NCBI RefSeq assembly: GCF_963921235.1
Contig: NC_086097.1
Location: forward strand, 94,118,001-94,182,000
DNA from: Mobula hypostoma
Lineage: Eukaryota
Reading direction: 5' to 3'
Length of the DNA: 64,000 bases
Shown here: in pieces, positions 51,001 to 60,000 of the stretch
How positions within the stretch are numbered: the stretch's first letter is position 1
Layout: each line of letters begins with the position of its first letter
Notes under the pieces: model-generated
Told to the model about the DNA's origin: nothing
The model's input: only the letters and a program-made list of their open reading frames with translations
The model's database searches: none
Translations under genes and position numbers: made by a program

Positions 51001-54000
51001 CATTTGGCCCATCAAGTCTGCTCTGCCATTTCATTATGGCTGATCCATTCTTCCTCTCAGTCGCAATCTCTTGCTCCTCACCACCCCTGGTCTCCCTTCA
51101 TGTCTTGACCTATTAAGAATTCATCAACCTCTGCCTTAAATATACATAAAGACTTGGCAACGAATTCCACAAATTCACCACTTTCTGGCCAAAGACATTC
51201 CTCCTCATCTCCACTCTAAAAGAACCCCCTTCCCATTCTGAGGCTGTGTCCACTGGTCTTAGACTCCCCCACCGTAGGAAACATCCTCCACATCTACTCT
51301 ATCAAGGCTTTTCATCATTCAATAGGTTTCAATTAGGTCACTTCTCATTCTTAATTCTAGTGAATACAGGCCCAGAGCCATCAAACACTCTTAATATGAT
51401 AAGCCATTCAATCCTAGAATAATTTTTGTGAATCTCCTTTGAACTCTCTCCAGTTTCTAAGATAAAGGGACCCAAAACTGCTCACAATACTCCAAATGAG
51501 GTCTCACCAGTGCTTTATAGAAGCTCAACATTACCGACTTGCTTTTATATTCTAGTCGTTTTGAAATGAATACTAACATCGCATTTGCCTTTGTCACCAC
51601 AGACTCAACCTGCAAATTAACCTGTAGGGAATCCTGCCCAAGGACTCCCAAGTCCCTTTGCACCTCAGTTTTTTTTTTGTATTTTCTCTCCATTTAGAAA
51701 ATAGTCAACCCTTTCATTTCTTTTACCATACACTTCCCAACACTGTATTCCATCTGCCACTTTTTTGCCCATTCTCTAATCTGTTTATGTCCTTCTGTAG
51801 CCTCTGTACTTCCTCAAAACTACCTGCCCGTCCACCTATCTTCGTACCGTCTGCAAACTTTGCAATAAAGTCATCAATTCCATCATCAATAGCATTAAGA
51901 TATAATGTAAAAAGAATCAGTCCCAACACTGACCCCTGTGGAATGCTACTAGTCACCGGCAGCCAACCAGAAAAGGCTCCCTTTATTCCAACTCATTTTG
52001 CCATTGCCTTCTTCTGGGCAGTGTCTTTACAAGGTTGGGTGACCCCAGCCATTATCAATACCCTTCAGAGATTGTCTACCTGGCATCTGTGGTTGCATGA
52101 CCAGGACTTGTGATGTGCACCAATTGCTCGTATCACTAGCTATCATCTGTGTCTTTGAATTCATGTGACCCTGATCAGGGGGCTAAGCAAGTGCTGCACC
52201 TTGCCCGAGGGTGACCTACAGGCTAGTGGAGGGAAGGAGCACCTTACACCTCCTGTGATAGAGACGTATCTCCATCCTGACATCCAGAGCATATAACCCT
52301 AATTAATAGAGTCCATGCTGACCAAGAACCACCCATTTTTACACTAATCCTCTTCCATTGCATTTATTTACCCTATATTCTCATCAGCTTTCCTCTTCCC
52401 CGAGATCTACCACTCCCCTACACACTACAGTCCACTTACAGTTCAGTGGCCGGTTAACCTAATAAACCCAGAATTTCTAGGATGTGGGACGAAACTGGAG
52501 CATCTGGAAGAGATGCGCGCTGTCGCAGGACGAACGTGCAAACTCCGCACAGACATCACCCGAGGTCAGGGTTGAACCTGGGTAACCGGAGCGTGTGGCA
52601 GTGGCTCTACTGACTCCGCCACTGTACTGCCGAGGTCTTCAGGGTGTTATGAAGACCTCACTTATGTACATCCAAGTGTTTGAAAGGCGGCCAGAATGGA
52701 TTTGTCAGCTGCTGCAGGGTTGTAGGCATCTTCTGCTGTGTGCAAACAGGGCATTTCAATTGTGCCTTCTCCCCACCCCACCTTCCCCAACACAGAAAGA
52801 TGCTGCCCCCAAGCCTAGGGAGCACTGGGTGCACTGAATACACTCACTTGCTCACTCCTTGAGGCAGTGAAAGCAGCTGACAGTCTCTCATCCCTCTCCT
52901 GTATCTACTGTACTCCTGTATATCTGTTCATTTCTGACTTACACAATTATTCAAGTTATCAACAGTCCTCAGAAACAGACTCTGTCAGAGTTTCTGTACC
53001 TCTCATAGAGTGTCGGACTCTGTCGGAGTTTCTGTACCTCTCATAGGGTGTCTGACTCTGTCGGACTCTCAGAGTTTCTGTACCTCTCATAGAGTGTCAG
53101 ACTCTGTCAGAGTTTCTGTACCTCTCATAGAGTGTCGGACTCTGTCGGAGTTTCTGTACCTCTCATAGGGTGTCTGACTCTGTCGGACTCTCAGAGTTTC
53201 TGTACCTCTCATAGAGTGTCAGACTCTGTCGGAGTTTCTGTACCTCTCATAGAGTGTCAGACTCTGTCGGAGTTTCTGTACCTCTCATAGAGTGTCAGAC
53301 TCTGTCAGAGTTTCTGTACCTCTCATAGAGTGTCAGACTCTGTTGGAGTTTCTGTACCTCTCATAGAGTGTCAGACTCTGTTGGAGTTTCTGTACCTCTC
53401 ATAGGGTGTCTGACTCTGTCAGACTCTGTCAGAGTTTCTGTACCTCTCATAGAGTGTCAGACTCTGTCGGAGTTTCTGTACCTCTCATAGAGTGTCAGAC
53501 TCTGTCAGAGTTTCTGTACCTCTCATAGAGTGTCAGACTCTGTTGGAGTTTCTGTACCTCTCATAGAGTGTCGGACTCTGTCAGACTCTGTCAGAGTTTC
53601 TGTACCCTCTCATAGAGTGTCAAACTCTGTCAGAGTTTCTGTACCCTCTCATAGAGTGTCAGACTCTGTCAGAGTTTCTGTACCTCTCATAGAGTGTCAG
53701 ACTCTGTTGGAGTTTCTGTACCTCTCATAGAGTGTCGGACTCTGTCAGACTCTGTCAGAGTTTCTGTACCTCTCATAGAGTGTCGGACTCTGTTGGAGTT
53801 TCTGTACCTCTCATAGAGTGTCGGACTCTGTCAGAGTTTCTGTACCCTCTCATAGAGTGTCAAACTCTGTCAGACTCTGTCTGAGTTTCTGTACCTCTCA
53901 TAGAGTGTCGGAATCTGTTGGAGTTTCTGTACTCTCTCATAGAGTGTCAGACTCTGTCGGACTCTCAGAGTTTCTGTACTTCTCATAGAGTGTCAGACTC

Positions 54001-57000
54001 TGTCGGACTTTGTCGGAGTTTCTGTACCCTCTCATAGAGTGGCAAAGTATGGAAACAGGCTGTTCGGCCCGGCTCATCCCTGCTGACCAGGACGGCTATC
54101 CAAGCGAGATTTGTTTGCCTGCACTTGGCCCACATCCCTGCTTTTACTATTCATGTTTTTGCTAAAACGTCTTTCAGATATTCTCATTGTACCTACCACA
54201 GTTCGTTCCATTTACCCACCACTCCCTGTGTGAAAACTTTTTCCCCTGGTCCCCATTAAATCTCTCCCCTCTCACCTTAAATCTTTGTTGTCTGGTTTTA
54301 GACTCTGCTACCCTGAGAAAAAGACTGACTATCCGAGTTATCTCTGCCCCTCATGATTTTATAAACCTCAATAAAGTCATCCCTCAACTCCATATATTCC
54401 AGAGAAAAAAAGCCCGACGCCATCTGGCATCTGCTTTTGCCTCAAGCCTTGCACTTTCATGAATCTTCTCTACGCCCGTTACAGCTCTACCTAAGCATTA
54501 CAAAATCAAGCCTTGGATCATGTGACTGAACAGGAAACTGTCCCTTTTCTTCTATTTTAAATGAATGTGCAATCTGCACCATTTCCAAGCCAGTCCTCCA
54601 GGTTTCCCAGCAACCTCCCTTTGCATCCCATCCTTGTTTACTGTCCAATAAGTCCTTTTTTGCTTATTTCCTGTGTAAATAACATCCATTCTGATCTGGT
54701 TTGTATTTATGTAACTTGGCATCCAACAATAATTGGGATTAAAAGATCAGAATTCACAGCTAGTGTTGCTAACTAAAACTGCAGCAGTTTTGAAGATGGT
54801 GATACAATCTCCTGGTTTAGCCTGTAAATCCATTTGGTGGCTAACTTCCTTCTGATGTGTGTTCAACAGAAACGCCATTTCCCTCTATCACTCACTAACA
54901 CTTCTCTAACGCCAAGCCTGGATTAAACAGTTTGCCCATGGCAGGAGAACACAGAAAAGTGGTTGCATTGTTTGCAACATCAATCAAGAATAAGAGACCC
55001 TTTGAGAACTAAAATGTTTTTGCAAGGTTTTGTGAATCATACCAGTAACAGTTTCCAGGGAGACTGTAAAATGCAGTGAGCTGGCCAGTCATGTGAGGCA
55101 CTGTGGTGAAGAGATGAGGTCTGTATGTGATAATTAAAGGCTGTGTCAGGGCACTCTGCTCCATGTGGAGGCTTTTCAGACTAGCATTGTCAAGGAGCTT
55201 TCTGAATCCGCTGCTGTGGTTAGAAATTGTGTGCTTGCACCTTTTGCGTTGGTATAATGAGAAGTTGTGTATTTCTTTGCAGGAGATCCCAGTCAATGTG
55301 GGAACCCAAGCTATCCTACGCCGCTTTGATCCGTCCGGGAAGCATTCGTTTCGGGTGTGTGCACGGACTGCAGGCGGCAGGGGCCCGTGGAGTGAACCAG
55401 TGCTTTTCTTAGGCCAGGAGCAAGGTAAAGAAAACCCCCCTCTCTCCTGTTTGGATAAGGCTGCTGGACTGTGATAAGCACAGAGAAGTTAGGACCGGTC
55501 ACTATGAGAGGTGATTGATAAGTTTGTGGCCTAAGGTAGAAGGAGTCAATTTTAGAAAACCTAGCACATTTATTTTTCAACATAGTCCCCTCCTACATTT
55601 ACACACTTAGTCCAGCGGTTGTGGAGCATACGGATCTTGGACCTCCAGAAAGTGTCCACAGCAAGGGTGATTGATAAGTTCATGGCCTAAGGTAGAAGGA
55701 GATGGGTTATACAGCTCTCGTTACATGCATGTACAATTCAACTTTTTGAGTGATTATGCAGAAAGTTTGAAGTTAGTAACTCATCAGGGGTGATTGATAA
55801 GTTAGTGGCCTAAGGTAAAAGTCGATGAGTTATTAACTTCAAACTTTCTGCATAATCACTCAGAGTTGAACTGCACGTGCATGTAACGAGAGCTGTATAA
55901 CAAATCTCCTTCTACCTTAGGCCACAAACTTATCAATCACCCCTGCTGTGGACACTTACTGGAGGTCCAAGATCCGTACGCTCCACGACCGCTGGACTAA
56001 GTGTGTAAATGTAGGAGGGGACATTTGTGCTAGGTTTTCTAAAATTGACTCCTTCTACCTTAGGCCACGAACTTATCAATCACCCCTCATAAAATGTTTA
56101 TGTTAAACATCTCAACCCTCCTTCACATTTATTGTGCAGCAAAGTAGGGTCTTTCACATCTGTACGGGTTTGTTGAAGGAATATTCTGATTGGCCCCATC
56201 CCCTGCCAACTTGGTGGCATCTGCACAGCTGGAGTTGTACACTGTGGACCTAGGTCCAAGCCATTGATGTAAATTAGGCAGAGCAGCTACCCTGGCATTC
56301 CCTGAGGAACTCCATCATAAACAATGGTATTCGTTCCAAAAATATCCCTCTCGTTGCTACTACTTCCTGTAACTTAGCACATTTCCAGTGCAAACTGCTA
56401 CTTCCCCTTGCACTACCTGACCTTTATTCTTGATGTTAAGCCTACCTTCTGGCACCTTTTTAATGTCACTTGGACCTCATTAACTATATTTCCCACTTCA
56501 ACATTATTTTAGCCAAAGCACTATTGTTAATTAACAGGACCTTGACAAATCCATGCTAGCTTTTTCTAATTTATCTACATTGTCCAGGTGACTTCATCCA
56601 AATTACGCTGACCAGTCTGTAATCACTAGGTATATCTTTAAACCCTCTTTTTTGAATGACGGTAACTTTTGCAACTTTCCAGTTCTTAAACACCGCCCCA
56701 GATTGAGACATGGTGGGTCCCAGAAAAAGGGTTAAGGCACTGATGGAGGTGAAAGTGGGGAATATGTGGAATTTGGTACCACAGAGGGCTTGGAGGCCAA
56801 AATTAAGAAGTAAGTGGCTAAATCTCCAGTCGGAAAAGACATTGAGAGCTGGAGAGAGCAAATATATGATGTTGGGACGGAGGATGATGCCCCGATTGGA
56901 TCTCTGACAGCCAGTCCCTTCTCCCCAGCCACCCTCCTAGGCCCAGCTTCAGTTCCAAGTGGGTAATGACACTACAGTTATATTGGAGGCAACTGAAGTT

Positions 57001-60000
57001 TGTGACTGTAACGGGGCCGTTGGAGTGCTGTGTAGCAACCTGGCAGACCACTGGTAATGGTGCATGTCAACTGTGAGCCATTGTGTTAATGTTGAAGGTT
57101 TGCTGACGTCATTATTCTTATCACTATAAACCAGACCATTGGCAACATAGAGCACAGGAAATGCCTCTTCAGTCCACAGTGTTGTACCAAACTAATTAAA
57201 CTGTAACTAAATGCCAAAGTAAGCCATTCCCTTCTGTCTGCACAATATCCATATCTCTCCATTCTCTGCTCATCCATGTGCCTAACAGACTTAGTGCCAT
57301 GTTTGCATTTGCATCTGCTTTCACCCCTAGCAGTAAAAATCCTGTCCTGCACGTCTCCTTTGAATTTACCCCCCTCTTACCTGAAATGTGTGCCCTCTAG
57401 AGTTAGGCATCTCAACCCTGGGGAGAAAAAGATACTGAGTGTCTACTCTATCTCTGCCTGTCATAACCTTATGAACTTCTGTCAGGTTTTCCTTCAGCAC
57501 TCCAGAGAAAACCTGGGGCGGTGGTTAAGAACTGGAAAGTTGCAAAATTTACATTGTCATTCAAAACAGAGGGTTTAAAGATATACCTAGCGATTACAGA
57601 CTGGTCAGTGTAATTTGGATGAAGTCATCTGGACAATGTACATAAATTAGAAAAAGCCAGCATGGATTTGTTAAGGTCCTGTCTAATTAACAATAGTAAA
57701 CACAAAATACTCTGCAGATGCTGGGATCAAAGCAACACTCACAACATGCTGGAGGAACTCAGCAGGTCGGGCAGCATCCGTGGAAACGATCAGCCGACGT
57801 TTCGGGCCGGAACCCTTCATCGGGACTGAAGAGGGAGGGGACAGGGGCCCTATAAAGAAGGTGTGGGGAGGGTGGGAAGGAGAAGGCTGGTAGGTTCCTG
57901 GTGAAAAACCCGTAAGGGGAAAGATAAAGGAGTTGGGGAGGGGAAGCAGGGAGGTGATAGGCAGGAAAGATGAAGAAGGAGTAGGGGAAAACACAATGGG
58001 TAGTAGAAGGAGGTGGAACCATGAGGGAGGTGATAGGCAGCTGGGGGAGGGGGCAGAGTGACATAGGGATAGGGGAAGGGAGGGGGAGGGAATTACCAGT
58101 TGGAGAATTCTATGTTCATACCAAGGGGCTGGAGACTACCCAGACGGTATATGACGTGTTGCTCCTCCAATTTGAGTTCCCCTCCCCCACCCCTTGATCT
58201 TTCCCCTTAGTGGTTTTTCATCTGGAACCTACCACCCTTCTCCTTCCCACCCTCCCCCTACCTTCTTTATAGAGCCCCTGTCCCCTTCCCTCTTCTGTCC
58301 TGACGAAGGTTTCCGGCCTGAAACATTGACTGATCATTTCCACAGATGCTGCCAGACCTGCTGAGTTCCTCCAGCATGTTGTGAGTGTTTAATTAACAAT
58401 AGTGCTTTGGCTAAAATAATGTTGAAGTGGGAAATATAGTTAATGAGGTCCAAATGACACTAAAAAGGTGCCAGGAGGTAGGCTTAACATCAAGAATAGA
58501 ACATCTCTAGTTTATCCAACCTCTCCCTATGGCACCTGCCCTCTAACCCAGGCAGCATCCTGGTAAATGTCTTCTGCCCCCTCTCCGAACCCCCACGTCC
58601 TTCCTATAACGGGGTGATCAGAACTGAATGCAATACTCCAGCAGCGGACTAACTAATGTTCTATAAAGCTGCAGCTTAACTCCCTGACTCTTGAAGGCAA
58701 CGCCTTGACTAATAAAGACAAGCATGCCGTCTGCCTTCTTTAGCAACCCATCAACCTGTGTAGTCGACACTTCTAGGGAGCTATGGGCTTGGATCCCAAG
58801 GTGTGCATCAACAGCTCTCCGTCAGTCACCACTGGCCCTCCGACGAGCATCTCCCACTTGTTACCTCCATTGCAATGTGTGCTGCGAGCTGCTGAGCCCA
58901 ATGCCTCGGGGGCTTAACCCTGTTATTCATGACTTGTACCTTTTAGAGTCCAGGAATCAAAGGACACGGATCTCATGGGCACCTTTGATCATTGGCATCC
59001 TGTGCGCAGTCATAACTTTAATCAGTGTGCTCCTTGTTGTCTACCACATCCGGAAAAAGGAGCTGCAGTTTGGGTGAGTGGGTCATTGTGACTGGATCTT
59101 AATCCTTCTGATGATGGTGATCAGGAATAAACTCTGGCTCTGGACCTGTATCCACTGGAATTCAGAAGAATGAGGGGTGACTTCACTGAAAGCTATCGAA
59201 TGGTGAAGGGCTTTGATACAGTGGATGTGGAGAGGATGCTTCCTGTGGTAGGAAAGCCTAAGATCAGAGGACACAGACTCTGAATATAGGGGCTTCCTTT
59301 CTCTCTTTGCCCACCTACCTTCTTTGAAAATATTCTTTAGAACACACCTTGTTGACTCAGCTCTGAATCAGCTGATTTGCAGTCTTAGATTCATAGAAGC
59401 ATGCAGTATAGAAACCGACCTTTTGACTCAACTGGGTCACGCTGACCAATATTCCCAGCTAAGCTGCTCCCATTTGTCTAAGTTTGGCCCATATCCCCTT
59501 CCTATCCGGGTATCTGCTCAAATGCTTTTTAAATGTACTTCTATTTTCTCCTCCAACCTCCTCTGGCAGTTCGTTGCATACACCCACTACCACCCTCTGT
59601 ATGAGAAACCTGCCCTTGCAATCATTCTCATGTCACTCAGCTTCTTCCCCTCGGCCGTCAGATTTCTGAACCGTCCATGGACCTATGAACACTACCCTGA
59701 CAGTACTTCTGTTTTACTGTTTATTTATTTTTGTAATTTATAGTATTTTTATGTCTTTGTACTACTCTGTAGTTGCAACACAGTGATTTTCACATCATTT
59801 TAGTCAGTGATAATAAATCCAGTCCTGATTCTCATTCTTAACCTCGATCTCTTCAATGACTGGCCCTGATCATCTTCATTTCACTATGGACGTCCAGTCC
59901 CTATACACCTCCTTTCCCCACCAGGATGGCCTCGAAGCTCTCCGTTTTTTTCTGGACTCCACACCCAACCAGTTCCCCTCCAGCAGCACCACCATTACCA

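Noticed and set aside
14541..54040. The three tandem arrays as possible CRISPR arrays
   Set aside because: Head-to-tail units without unique spacers, no cas genes, vertebrate intron context.
55425..58946. AXL-type short micro-exon between FN3-2 and TM exons
   Set aside because: None recognisable; the flanking exons join in phase. A symmetric micro-exon cannot be excluded without RNA data.
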